Assembly: GCA_948467495.1 (NCBI GenBank)
Contig: CAOKEO010000001.1
Span: forward strand, 5,271-69,270
Source: an uncultured Clostridium sp.
GTDB lineage: Bacteria; Bacillota; Clostridia; TANB77; CAG-508
Direction: 5' to 3'
Length of the DNA: 64,000 nt
Shown: positions 21,182 through 32,034 of the stretch, in pieces
How the letters are laid out: every line of letters begins with the position of its first letter
Numbering within the stretch: the stretch's first letter is position 1
Position numbers and translations under genes: made by a program
The notes under the pieces: generated by a model
What the model was told of the DNA's origin: nothing
Database searches by the model: none
The model's input: the letters and a program-made list of their open reading frames with translations, nothing else

Positions 21182-22846
21182 TTAGAATATTCCTACAATT
21201 TCTCCCTTTTCATCAATATCTATACTTTCTGCTGATGGTACTTTAGGAAGACCTGGCATAGTCATAATTTTTCCAGCTAAGGCAACAACAAATCCTGCTC
21301 CCGTTTTTAGTTGAATGTCTCGAATGGTGATATTGTAATCCCCTTTACACTCTAAGTTTTTGGCATCATCTGAGAAAGAGTATTGTGTTTTGGCAATACA
21401 TACTGGGAAATTGCCATATCCTAGTTCTTCTATTTTTTTGATTTCTGCTAAAGCTGATTCTGAAAAATCAACCCCTTTTGCTCCATAGATTTTAGTAGCT
21501 ATTTTTTCGATTTTAGTGGGAATAGAGTCTTCTAATTCATACATGTAGGTAAAATTAGGTTCTTCTTTTTCTGTTAGTTTCACTAATTTTTCAGCAATAT
21601 CTCTGGCTCCTTCGCCACCTTTTGCCCATCCTTCTACTAGACTTAATTCAACCTCTTTTTCTGCCAACTTTTCTTTTAAGAATTCAATTTCCTTTTCGGT
21701 GTCTTGTACATATCGGTTTAAAGCTACTATAACATTTAATCCAAATTTATTTTTCAAGTTATCAATATGACGATATAAGTTATCAATTCCTCTTTCAATT
21801 CCTTCTATATTTTCTTCTTGTATTTTATCTTTTTCTATGCCACCATGATATTTAATCGCTTTAATGGTGGCAACTAATACAACAGCATCTGGCTTAATTC
21901 CTGCTTTTCTACATTTGATGTCAATGAATTTTTCAGCTCCTAAATCTGCTCCAAATCCAGCTTCTGTTATCACATAGTCTCCTAATTTTAAAGCCAATTT
22001 GGTTGCCATAATACTATTGCAACCATGTGCAATATTAGCAAATGGTCCACCATGAATAATGGCTGGTGTATGTTCTAAGGTCTGTACTAAATTTGGATTT
22101 AAAGCATCTTTTAATAAAACGGTCATAGCTCCTTCTGCTTTTAGTTGTTTGGCATAAATCGGTTCTCCTTGCTTGTTATAGCCAATTAAGATATTTCCTA
22201 ATTTTTCTTTTAAATCTTTGATATCCGTTGCTAGACATACAATTGCCATAATTTCAGAAGCAACGGTAATGTCAAATTTATCGTTTCTTGGTACAATCTT
22301 CTTTTCTCCTGATAAACCTGTCTCTACTTGTCTTAATTGTCTATCATTCAAGTCTACACATCTTTTCCATACAATTTTTTCAAAACCTAATTGATTTCCA
22401 TAATAAATGTGGTTATCAATTAAGCTAGATAATAAGTTATTAGCTGCTGTTATCGCATGGATGTCACCCGTAAAATGTAGATTGATATCTTCCATTGGTG
22501 CAATTTGTACTTTTCCTCCTCCTGTTGCTCCTCCTTTAATTCCAAACACTGGTCCTAAGGATGGTTCCCTTAAAGCTATGATAGAATTTTTTCCTATGGT
22601 TCTTAGACCATCTGCTACAGCTATGGATATGGTCGTTTTTCCTTCTCCTAATGGAGTTGGATTAACGGCTGTTACTAAAATTAGCTTTCCATCTTTTTGC
22701 TCTTTTCTGCTTTCATAAACTTTCTGGGAAATTTTAGCTTTGTATTTTCCGTATTGTTCAATATCTTCTTCGTTAATTTCTACCTTTTTAGCTATGTCTA
22801 CTATTTTTTCTAATTTTGTGCTTCTTGCGATTTCTATATCTGTCAT
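21182..22846 (-). CDS. fhs: Formate--tetrahydrofolate ligase.
   Basis: It is full length (554 aa) with FTHFS motifs (PTPLGEGKTT, GGPFANIAHG). Confidence 0.9.
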   Translation of the reverse strand: MTDIEIARSTKLEKIVDIAKKVEINEEDIEQYGKYKAKISQKVYESRKEQKDGKLILVTAVNPTPLGEGKTTISIAVADGLRTIGKNSIIALREPSLGPVFGIKGGATGGGKVQIAPMEDINLHFTGDIHAITAANNLLSSLIDNHIYYGNQLGFEKIVWKRCVDLNDRQLRQVETGLSGEKKIVPRNDKFDITVASEIMAIVCLATDIKDLKEKLGNILIGYNKQGEPIYAKQLKAEGAMTVLLKDALNPNLVQTLEHTPAIIHGGPFANIAHGCNSIMATKLALKLGDYVITEAGFGADLGAEKFIDIKCRKAGIKPDAVVLVATIKAIKYHGGIEKDKIQEENIEGIERGIDNLYRHIDNLKNKFGLNVIVALNRYVQDTEKEIEFLKEKLAEKEVELSLVEGWAKGGEGARDIAEKLVKLTEKEEPNFTYMYELEDSIPTKIEKIATKIYGAKGVDFSESALAEIKKIEELGYGNFPVCIAKTQYSFSDDAKNLECKGDYNITIRDIQLKTGAGFVVALAGKIMTMPGLPKVPSAESIDIDEKGEIVGIF

Positions 22847-22954
22847 TTTAATTCCTCCTTTTTATCTCTTAATCTTCACCATGTGCTTTTCCTTCTTGAA
22901 TCGTTTTTCTTTTTTCTACAAATTTTCGATTTAATCTCAAAACTTCTACACAAA

Positions 22955-23396
22955 TTAAACTATCAATCCTACTGTTACTCCTATTAAAGCTCCGACAAAT
23001 ACTTGAACTGGTGTATGTCCAAGAACTTCTACCAATCTTTCTGACACTTGTACCCCTGTCAAACCTGGTGTTTCAATCAATTTATTTAATAAAGCAGCTT
23101 GTTTTCCTGCTGCTCTTCTCACTCCACAAGCATCATACATAACAACCAATGCAAAAATAAAAGCCAAAGCAAATAAAGATGTTCCCACTCCCTCTTGTTT
23201 TCCTATTAAAGTAGCTAAACTTGCTACCACTGCTGAATGAGAACTTGGCATTCCGTCCAGCACCTATAATTCTTTTAAAATTAAACTTCTTTGTTGTCAC
23301 TAAATCATAAATTAGCTTAAACAACTGGATTCCGAACCATAAAAAGAACGGAACATATATATATTTGTTTCCTGCAAAAGTAACAAAATCATTCAT
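22955..23396 (-). CDS. Divergent PAP2 / DUF212 membrane protein, requiring one +1 shift at CGG 23253-23255.
   Basis: The junction reads RIIGAG-[C]-GMPSSHSAVVASLA, which restores the family's conserved GMPSSHSA motif. Confidence 0.7.
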
Positions 23397-23439
23397 TTTT
23401 TTCTTATGTTAGTATAAAAAGCTAACATATCCTCCTCTC

Positions 23440-23661
23440 TTATTCTTCTGTTTCAAAATTTTCTTCTTTCATCTCTCCATTTTGATTAACTAAAATAGTT
23501 ATTTTCCTTTCTGCCTCTTCTAAAATCTTATTACAATCTTTTGAAATTTTAATTCCTTGCTCAAATTTAGAAACGGAATCTTCTAAACTTAATTCACCTT
23601 TTTCTAATTCTTCTACAATTTCTTCTAAAGCTTCCATTTGCTCTTCAAAACTCTTACTCAT
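23440..23661 (-). CDS. xseB: Exodeoxyribonuclease VII small subunit.
   Basis: A 73-aa acidic coiled-coil protein lying 3' of xseA. Confidence 0.8.
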   Translation of the reverse strand: MSKSFEEQMEALEEIVEELEKGELSLEDSVSKFEQGIKISKDCNKILEEAERKITILVNQNGEMKEENFETEE

Positions 23662-23836
23662 TGTAACCCTCCTTTTTCTTTCTAGATAATATTTTCATCC
23701 CTATTCTTGTAACATTTATTAGAACAAAAGAGGCATGATTAAAATTTCTTGACCTTTTATTTTAGAGTACTTTTCATGCCTCGTCTTGTTCGCCCGCGAA
23801 AAATTCGTTAGCATTTTTTTGTGGAATGTGCTAACT

Positions 23837-25030
23837 TTACTGTATTTTAGCCTCTACCTGTCCATCCATAAAACGAAGAGCAACCACATCACCACACTCT
23901 AAATCTGCTTGTGACTTAACCACTTTTCCGTCTTTTTGTGTTATGGAATATCCTCTAGATAAAGTTTTCAATGGGCTATACGCATCTAACTTAGCCATTA
24001 ACTCACCATATCTCATTTTGTTCTTTTCTTGTCGTACTTGCATAAAACTCACTAACTGTTTTAGTTGATGGTCAACATGAATATACTTTTCTTGAACCCT
24101 TCTTACTGGTTCTTTAAAAACAGAACTTGACATACTTTTCTCATATCGTAATTTCATAACCTCCACTTTTTTAACCAAAGCCATTCTTAATCGATTTTGA
24201 TAAGTTATGATTTTCTGTTTTACCTCATAGCTATCGGGAACGGCTAATTCAGCGGCTGCTGAAGGTGTTGGTGCTCGTAAATCGGCTACAAAATCAGCTA
24301 TGGTAAAATCTGTTTCATGACCAACTGCTGATATAATTGGAATTTCAGAATGATAAATACTATGTGCTACGATTTCTTCATTAAATGGCCATAAATCTTC
24401 TAAAGATCCTCCTCCTCTTGCCAAAATCAGTACATCTGCTAATCTATTTCGATTCATAGTTTCAATACCCTCTGCAATTTTTTCAGCAGCACCTTGTCCT
24501 TGTACAGGAACTGGCAACAAACGAATGACAACTTTAGGATTTCGTCTAGTTGATACATTGATAATATCTCGAATTACCGAACCTGTTTGAGAAGTTAGCA
24601 CTCCTATTACTTTTGGCATTTTAGGAATCGGCATTTTATGTTCTTCATCCAATAAACCTTGCTCTTCTAATTTGCTTTTCAGTTCTTGATATTTTGTATA
24701 TAAATCACCTAATCCATCTTCTTCCATTGCTTTCACATAGATTTGATAAACACCATCTCTTTCAAAAACAGATACTCCGCCAAAAAGAAATACCTTCATT
24801 CCATCTTTTGGCATGAAGTTCAACTTTTGAGCATATGTTTTAAACATAACACACTTTATTAAAGCCTTTTCATCTTTTAATGTAAAATACATATGCCCTG
24901 TATAATGATTTTTAAAATTAGAAATTTCTCCTTTTACTAATATCTCATTAAGATACTCATCTTCTGCTATTTTGTTTTTGATATATAGATTTAAGTCTGA
25001 AACTGTTATCGCCATATTTGCATATTTCAT
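23837..25030 (-). CDS. xseA: Exodeoxyribonuclease VII large subunit.
   Basis: An OB-fold N-terminus and catalytic core, full length at 397 aa. Confidence 0.85.
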   Translation of the reverse strand: MKYANMAITVSDLNLYIKNKIAEDEYLNEILVKGEISNFKNHYTGHMYFTLKDEKALIKCVMFKTYAQKLNFMPKDGMKVFLFGGVSVFERDGVYQIYVKAMEEDGLGDLYTKYQELKSKLEEQGLLDEEHKMPIPKMPKVIGVLTSQTGSVIRDIINVSTRRNPKVVIRLLPVPVQGQGAAEKIAEGIETMNRNRLADVLILARGGGSLEDLWPFNEEIVAHSIYHSEIPIISAVGHETDFTIADFVADLRAPTPSAAAELAVPDSYEVKQKIITYQNRLRMALVKKVEVMKLRYEKSMSSSVFKEPVRRVQEKYIHVDHQLKQLVSFMQVRQEKNKMRYGELMAKLDAYSPLKTLSRGYSITQKDGKVVKSQADLECGDVVALRFMDGQVEAKIQ

Positions 25031-25040
25031 ATTCTTACCT

Positions 25041-25442
25041 CTATTCCTTCACAATACTGGCTAAAATTCCATTAACAAAATTTTTAGAAGAGTCCTCACC
25101 ATACTTTTTAGCTAATTCTACTGCTTCATTAATCGCTACTTTAAATGGTATATCTGTATATTTCAACTCATAAATAGCCAACTTTAAAATAGCCAAATCA
25201 ATTTTTGAAATTCTTTCCAGTTTCCAATCTGTTTTCAAATTTTTTTCTATCTGTTCAAGAATATCTTCTCTATTTTTTTCAATACCAAAAACAGTATCTT
25301 TTATATAGACTTTTGCCTTTTGATCTGTAATTTCATTGCTTTGTTCATATAATTCGATAACCTCTTCTAATTCGTTTTGTTTTTGTATCTCTAGACTATA
25401 AATTAATTTAAAAGTTTGTTCCCTGATAGCTGTTCTATTCAT
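25041..25442 (-). CDS. nusB: Transcription antitermination factor NusB.
   Basis: A 133-aa NusB fold ([19 protein letters not shown]). Confidence 0.85.
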   Translation of the reverse strand: MNRTAIREQTFKLIYSLEIQKQNELEEVIELYEQSNEITDQKAKVYIKDTVFGIEKNREDILEQIEKNLKTDWKLERISKIDLAILKLAIYELKYTDIPFKVAINEAVELAKKYGEDSSKNFVNGILASIVKE

Positions 25443-25495
25443 ATTTGCTAGTTTATGTCAGTCCTAATAACTAACATTTCCTCCTTTATTTCATT

Positions 25496-25696
25496 CTACA
25501 TTTTGTCAATAAATGTTTTTAACTTTGTTTTGACATCTTCTTTATTTTGTTGTACATAATTTCCTACCAATGCCCCTAATACTAGAACTACGATTGCTAA
25601 TATCAAATCATGTAATCTTGTAACTAAAATTAATATCGCTACAACAATTCCTATCATTGCTCCTTTATAATTGTTCCAAAATTCCTTTAGGTTCAT
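25496..25696 (-). CDS. DUF2273-like small membrane protein.
   Basis: A 66-aa protein with two transmembrane segments, next to the Asp23/AmaP genes. Confidence 0.6.
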   Translation of the reverse strand: MNLKEFWNNYKGAMIGIVVAILILVTRLHDLILAIVVLVLGALVGNYVQQNKEDVKTKLKTFIDKM

Positions 25697-25805
25697 TCTT
25701 ATTCATTCCTTTCTGTTTTTTTCTCTTTACATACCAAAACAATTTTTCATATCATTCAATCACCCCATAAAAAAAGATATTTTTATAACTGTTTTGGTGA
25801 TGAAA

Positions 25806-26360
25806 TTATTCTGTTTCTTGTTGTGTTGGTGCCACCTTCTTAACTGTTATATTCACTTCTTTTACTTCCAAATCTGTTGCAACCTTTATTTTTTCTTTAA
25901 TCTTAGCTTGTAAATTTGCTGATAACTCTTTAATCACTGCTTCTTCATTTACAATCAAATTCACAAACACTTTAACACTATTCTCTTTATCTAATTCCAC
26001 TCTAGTTGTAACATCTTCTGCACTTTGAAAATTCATAGCCACTGAATTAACTAAATTTTGAATCGTTTCTCTTGAAATCATTAATTTTCCGCTTTCATTT
26101 TCTAATAAAATGCCTTGTCTTTCGTTCATTTCCTCTTTCGATGTACCATCAAAAAAGATACACTTAATTGATAATAAAATAAATACAATGCTTACTCCTA
26201 ATACTATTTTGCTTGAAGTCTCCCCTACTATAATGTTTGTTGCAACATCTCCTATCAATCCCATGTCTAACCATCCAAATACTAATAAACATAGAACAAC
26301 TGATAGAATTAACATGATACTTGAATAAATAATTAGTGCAATTTTTTCTAAAACTTTCAT
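25806..26360 (-). CDS. amaP: Alkaline-shock-response membrane anchor protein AmaP.
   Basis: An N-terminal transmembrane pair and its position downstream of Asp23. Confidence 0.65.
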   Translation of the reverse strand: MKVLEKIALIIYSSIMLILSVVLCLLVFGWLDMGLIGDVATNIIVGETSSKIVLGVSIVFILLSIKCIFFDGTSKEEMNERQGILLENESGKLMISRETIQNLVNSVAMNFQSAEDVTTRVELDKENSVKVFVNLIVNEEAVIKELSANLQAKIKEKIKVATDLEVKEVNITVKKVAPTQQETE

Positions 26361-26386
26361 TTCATTTCCTCCTACTTTTTTTATGA

Positions 26387-26836
26387 TTACTCATCATCTT
26401 CTGTGTCTTCTGACGTTTCGTTTTGTTTGATTTCTTCTTTTGCATTATCTGTATTAACACCTTGAACATGGACATTTACTTCTTCTACTTTTAAACCTGT
26501 CATACTCTCCACAGCTTTTTTCACTCTATTTTGAATTTCAAAAGCTACATCTGGAATCCTCGAACCATACTCTACTATAATATTGACATCAATTTTAGCC
26601 TGTGTTTCCATTACTTCAACTTTAATTCCTTTGGCCAAATTTTTCTTTCCACTTAGTACCTCAGATATACCTCCTGCAAATCCTCCTGCCATACCAGCTA
26701 CTCCTGAAACTTCAGATACTGCCACTCCTGCTATTACGGCTACTACATCATTGGATATCTTAATTCCTTCATTTTCTGTTTTTATCTCTTCCTCTAATTC
26801 TACTATTTCGCCTTTTTCTTGATTTTCTTCACTCAT
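26387..26836 (-). CDS. Asp23/Gls24-family envelope stress protein.
   Basis: The conserved Asp23 core is present (ISNDVVAVIAGVAVSEVSGVAGM). The start is MSEENQEK, with an AAAGGAGG RBS. Confidence 0.8.
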   Translation of the reverse strand: MSEENQEKGEIVELEEEIKTENEGIKISNDVVAVIAGVAVSEVSGVAGMAGGFAGGISEVLSGKKNLAKGIKVEVMETQAKIDVNIIVEYGSRIPDVAFEIQNRVKKAVESMTGLKVEEVNVHVQGVNTDNAKEEIKQNETSEDTEDDE

Positions 26837-26970
26837 ATAAAATCCTCCTTTATCTATCAAAAAATTGATATACTTAAATTCTCATTCAAGTATATCAATT
26901 TTCTTACCTTTTTACAACCATTTTTTGAAATTTTTTTTACTCATTTTGTAACTATTTGTTACCATTCACA

Positions 26971-27004
26971 GTTAAATGACTGGATAAGAAAAGCATCTCC
27001 TAAA
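26971..27004. repeat. RF-D motif TTAAATGACTGGATAAGAAAAGCATCTCCTAAAG, upstream of the Asp23 operon.
   Basis: Near-identical copies are at 30355-30388 (upstream of the surface-protein gene) and partially at 16745-16775. Confidence 0.6.
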
Positions 27005-27025
27005 GTAACAATTCGCTTCATTCTC

Positions 27026-30000
27026 TACTGTGCAACCCAATAGGCATACAAAACAACACCTTCATCTTTCGTATAACTTCCGACCAGGATAATACATACC
27101 CGCATTCGGTTGATTTTTTGAGATAGTCCAACCCATAAATCTATAGCCAGTTCTGGTTGGAACCGTTGAACTTAACGTTAAATCAACTCCTTCTGTCTTT
27201 ATTTGCGTTGCTGGTGCTCCACTTCCTCCATTGGCATCATAATAGATAGAATAAGTTTGAAGCTTTTGCCAATAGGCATACAAAATAATATTGCTGTTCA
27301 TTGAAATAGACTGACCAGGTTGGAAGGTTCCCCCTGTAGTAAACACATCTCTTGTAGTAGTCCATCCTAAAAATCTATAGCCAGTTCTGGTTGGAACCGT
27401 TGAGCTTAGCTTCAAATCAACTCCATGTATTTTCTTTTGTGTTGCTGGTGCTGAGCTTCCTCCATTGGCATCATACATTATACTATAAGTTGGTGCTGTT
27501 TCCCAAACAGCATAATAAGTGATATTAGCATTTCCACTATAAGTTCCACCAGGTTGCATAGAAACCGCTCCACTAGAAGAAGTTGCCCAACCTTTAAAAA
27601 TATAGCCTGCTCTTGTTGGAACACTTGAACTTAATTTTAAATTAGTTCCATGAGTCTTTGCTTGTGCTGCTGGTGCTCCACTTCCTCCATTGGCATTGTA
27701 ACTTACTTTGTATGGTGTTCTTGCTTTTATTCCATATTCTGATGATATATTTCCAGCTTTATCTCTTGCTTTTACTTTTATGGTATATTCTATTCCTGGA
27801 CTCAAACTACTAACAGAATAACTTGTATTCGTTTGATAAGCTGACCATTGTCCTGACTTACTATTATAAAAACTATAACTATATACTCCACTTTGACAAC
27901 TTGTACTTGTTGCATTTGCATCTGTAGCAGTTGCTCTTACAGATATCTTTTCTGTTGTCACCTCACCAACTGCAAGACTTGTAACCGTTGGTGCAAGTGT
28001 ATCAATTTTATTGGGATTTGAGGTAGCAGCACCTCCATAATTTCCTGTGTTATCTATTAGTCTAACAGATATCGTCTGATTTCTTGTTAAGGTAATTTCT
28101 CCGTCCATTGCTAATTGTTTGATAAGTTGTTGTTTCTCCCGCATTTCCAGAAAGTTGCGTTTTATATTGTAAATCATATCCTGTTACTGTTGTTGTTATT
28201 CTTACTTTCATACTAGCACCATAACCATCTACTGATGTCAAATTATTAGCTGCAATTGGTGTATAAGTAAAAGTTACATTTCCATTCGCCCCTGTCGTTA
28301 ATCCTGTTACCTGATTCGTTTTTTGTGTCCATACATTTGACGTGGTTTCATGGTCTAGATTGTCGATTGCTATTACTTTTAAGGAATATGTTGTATTTTG
28401 TACCAAACCTGTCATTGGATAACTTGTTTTGTCTGTTATATCACTTTCTATCCAATTGTTTCCATCTGTGGAGTAACAGTATTTATATCCTTTTAATCCA
28501 CTTACTGTATCAGTTGCTTGTGCTGTTACTGTAATACTATTACTAGTCACAGAAACAACTCTTGTAGAGGATGGCACAAAAGTAGGGCCTTCTCTATCTA
28601 TTTTATTAAGCTTTTCTTTTGCATTAGTAGCTGCACTTTGTTTTGTACTATCTACTACTCTTGCATAAATTTCTTGGTTTCTACTTATCGTTATTCCTTC
28701 TGTTGGATAATCTGTCCATTCAGATACTTCTCCAACTTCTCCTGTCAATTGTGTCTTATATTGCAATGTGTATCCATCAATTGTTGTTTCAATCACTACT
28801 TTTATATTACTTTCTGTGTACCCATTGGTAGGCAATTCTTCATTATTTTCTACATCAAAGTAGCGGAAAGTAGTATTGGCATTTTCTGCTGGTGCTACTA
28901 TTAATTCTGGCACTCTATCTGTTCTTATTGGTATGGGATTGGTTGTTGTGTCATTTCCTAAGTTATCTATCGCTCTCATTTTTAAGCTATATGGTGTGTC
29001 TTGTGTTAGTTCATTAAATGTGTAACTGTTATCTGTTATCACCTTACTTTCCGTCCAATTGGTTCCATCTGTTGAACAATAGTACTGGTACTCTTTTACT
29101 CCACTTTTGTCATCTGTTGGACTTCCTGCAATCGTAATACTGTTAGTTGTTGCAGTAGCTGTTGGTTCTTCTTTAAATACTGGTCCATCTCTATCAATAT
29201 TTGTTATGCTTCCTATTTTTGCATATCTTCCAACTTGCCCTTTATTCCTATCTTTTAATCTAGCATATACTTCTCCATTTTGTTGCATCGCTATGCCTGT
29301 TGTGTAATTCTTCCAATTACTTTCTACCTCTGGATTATCAATTGCATATTGTAAGGTATAGCCAGCCATATTGATATTTTTATTACGAATTGTAACTGTT
29401 ACAGGTCCTTTGGTATAACTAGTTGGTTCATAAGAAAAAATCGTATTACTACTATTTAAGGTTGGTATTCCTACTACTGTTATTTCTTTTTCTTTTCTTT
29501 CTCCATTTTTTGCAATCGCTACTACTTTTATTTGATAAATTTTACTAGCATCAATTTCTTCAAATGTGTACTCATATTCTGCTGGTGCTTGTTCAACTGT
29601 TTCTTTTTTGGTATAGTCTGTGTCATTTTCTTCTTTTATATAAAATTCTAATGTTCCTTCTTCATTTTCTTTCGTAGTCACTTTTACTTTGATTGTATTT
29701 TCTTCATAATTAGCTTCTAAAGTGAGTATTCGAGGCATTGGTTTATCAACCGTTCCTTGTGATTCAAAATCGATATCTCCTTCTTTATCTATGATATCAT
29801 AGATATATCCTCCATCAATGATTATGGTACTTCCTCCATTTTCTCCTTCTGTTACTTCATAGTCTACTCCTGCTTTATCTAATTCATCTAAAATATCTTG
29901 TATGTCAATAGGTCCTCCCATTGCCTGTGTTTTTGCACTTAGCTGGGCTAATCTTAGTTGTTCTTCTATGGCTGCTTTCTCAGTTGCTATTTTGGCTTCT

Positions 30001-30158
30001 TGCGCTTTGGCTAAAATTCCATTTTCTCCTGTTAGCGTAGTTACACTGATGGCTGCTAAAATTAATAATACGATGATGGTAATTACTAAGGCTATCATGG
30101 TAATTCCTGCTGTTTCTTTAACCTTTAATCCTTTTTCCTGTTTTGCAGTTTTTTCCAT
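27026..30158 (-). CDS. Large cell-surface protein (~1040 aa) with a pilin-like hydrophobic N-terminus, FN3-like repeats and Listeria-Bacteroides-type repeats; requires two +1 shifts at CGG 28101-28103 and 27080-27082.
   Basis: The N-terminus (ETAGITMIALVITIIVLLILAAISV) resembles a prepilin-type transmembrane segment but lacks Glu5. There are three FN3-like units (..SGVKEYQYYCSTDGTNW..) and C-terminal YDANGGSGAPATQ..PTRTGYRFLGW repeats. Both junctions (QTISNG-[C]-GEITLTRNQ and MYYPG-[C]-GSYTKDEGVVLYAYW) continue the internal repeat pattern exactly. Confidence 0.75.
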
Positions 30159-30551
30159 GTGTTTTCCTCCCCTTTTTACTATTTTCTAAATACTTTTGTT
30201 TTTCTTTTTATTGTTAGTCATATTATCCTTTTTTATCCATTTTATGTACCCATATTTAACCTTATTTGTCTTAGTTATATCACAATGATTTTTCTCTGTA
30301 AAGTGTTTTTATGTTACATTTTCATTACATTGTAACCATTCGTTATCACTCACAATTAAATGACTGGATAACAAAAGTGTCTCCTAAAAAATGTAAAAAT
30401 CAAGCGGATGTAGAGTAATCAAGTGAGTAGTAACAACCATTCAGAAGTGATACGTTTTAATTAGAAAACTTCTATTTTTGCTTTTTTTATAATTTATTGT
30501 TATACTATCAACATATAAAACAAATACTATAAAAAATAAGGAGGAATTTAT

Positions 30552-31274
30552 ATGTCAACACCACATAATGAAGCAAAATTAGGAGATATTGCTAAAACAG
30601 TAATCATGCCAGGTGACCCATTACGTGCTAACTATATAGCAGAAAACTTCTTAGAAAACGTTAAACTAGTAAATCAAGTAAGAGGGATGTATGCCTATAC
30701 AGGAACCTATCAAGGGAAAAAAATAACCGTTATGGCACATGGAATGGGAATGCCAAGTATAGGAATTTATAGCTATGAATTATACAAATTTTATGAAGTA
30801 GAAAACATTATCCGAATTGGTTCTTGTGGAGCCCATAAACCAGAATTAAAATTATTTGATATTGTTTTATCCCATCAAGCTTATTGTGAGGGAAACTATG
30901 CTTTAACTTTTAATAATGATGATTGCCATCTTGTACAAGCAAGTCAAGCGTTAAACCAAATCATTCAAAAAACAGCACATGAAAAAAACTTCACAATTTA
31001 CTGTGGTGATACCATTTGTTTAGATGTTTTTGACCCCTATATGCCAGATAAAAAGAAATTTATCAATCGTTTGCCAAAAGACCTAGATATCTATGCTGGG
31101 GAAATGGAGGCTTTTGCTTTATTTTATAATGCAAAATTCTTCCATAAAAAAGCCAGTTGTTTAATGACTGTTGTAGATTCTGAGTTTATCCAAGAAATAG
31201 CAACTACAGAACAAAGACAAACTGGCTTAAACCACATGATTGAATTAGCTCTAGATTCTGCCATCAAAATTTAA
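30552..31274 (+). CDS. deoD: Purine nucleoside phosphorylase, DeoD-type.
   Basis: The PNP-I family sequence is present (MPGDPLRA, GMGMPS, EMEAFAL). An AAGGAGG RBS precedes the start. Confidence 0.85.
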   Translation: MSTPHNEAKLGDIAKTVIMPGDPLRANYIAENFLENVKLVNQVRGMYAYTGTYQGKKITVMAHGMGMPSIGIYSYELYKFYEVENIIRIGSCGAHKPELKLFDIVLSHQAYCEGNYALTFNNDDCHLVQASQALNQIIQKTAHEKNFTIYCGDTICLDVFDPYMPDKKKFINRLPKDLDIYAGEMEAFALFYNAKFFHKKASCLMTVVDSEFIQEIATTEQRQTGLNHMIELALDSAIKI

Positions 31275-31290
31275 TAAAACAAAACATCAT

Positions 31291-31334
31291 AAAAAAGCTG
31301 GTAACATGCAAAAATAAAGTTACCAGCTTTTTTA
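31291..31334. terminator. Bidirectional intrinsic terminator between deoD and greA.
   Basis: AAAAAAGCTGGTAAC..GTTACCAGCTTTTTT forms a 9-bp GC-containing stem with A- and T-tracts on both sides. Confidence 0.8.
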
Positions 31335-31342
31335 TAACTCGC

Positions 31343-31819
31343 TTATTTCTTAATAGATAAAATTTTATATTTCATAATTCCAGCAGGTGCCTTGACTTCT
31401 ACTTCTTGGTCTTTCTTAGCGCCTAATAAAGCACTTCCTAATGGTGATTCATTTGATATCTTATTTTCTGCTAAATTAACTTCTGTTGAACCAACTATTG
31501 TATATTCCACTTTTTCATCAAATTCCATATCTAATACTTTTACAATATTTCCAACTTGAATGGTTTCTGTATCGATATCTTTTTCATCAATTATTTTAGC
31601 ATGTCTTATTTTATTTTCTAGCTCTGCTATCTTTACTTCATTTTCTGCTTGTGCCGTTTTTGCCTCGTCATATTCTGAATTTTCTGACAAATCTCCAAAT
31701 CCCAATGCTACTTTTATTCTATCTGCAATTTCTGCTCTCTTTTCTGTTCTTAAATAATTTAATTCTTTCTCTAAGTTGTCATACCCCTCTTGCGTTAATA
31801 TTACTTCCTTTTCTTCCAT
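31343..31819 (-). CDS. greA: Transcription elongation factor GreA.
   Basis: A 158-aa protein with a coiled-coil N-terminus and an FKBP-like C-terminus. Confidence 0.9.
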   Translation of the reverse strand: MEEKEVILTQEGYDNLEKELNYLRTEKRAEIADRIKVALGFGDLSENSEYDEAKTAQAENEVKIAELENKIRHAKIIDEKDIDTETIQVGNIVKVLDMEFDEKVEYTIVGSTEVNLAENKISNESPLGSALLGAKKDQEVEVKAPAGIMKYKILSIKK

Positions 31820-31920
31820 GGTAATTCTCCTTCCGTATTTTGATATAAAATCAAATTTCTTTACTATATTACTGCTGAAAATTTATTTTGTCAAGTATCT
31901 TTCAAAATATTTTTTACTTG

Positions 31921-31997
31921 TAGAATATTCAGAGGTGATATATTTTAATTAGAAAGCTTCTATATCTTTTATTGTCAAAAAACAAGACCTCTAAATT
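31921..31997. repeat. RF-C ~80-nt intergenic repeat.
   Basis: ATATTCAGAGGTGATATATTTTAATTAGAAAGCTTCTATATCTTTTATTGTCAAAAAACAAGACCTCTAAAT. A near copy is at 47957-48030, and partial copies are at 30435-30480 and 42176-42235. Confidence 0.65.
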
Positions 31998-32034
31998 GTT
32001 AATTTTACTTTTTTTCTCTTATATGGTATAATTT

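Noticed and set aside
26955-27000. A 14-codon leader ORF with an RBS on the antisense of RF-D (MLFLSSHLTVNGNK).
   Set aside because: The second RF-D copy lacks the ATG, so the peptide is not conserved.
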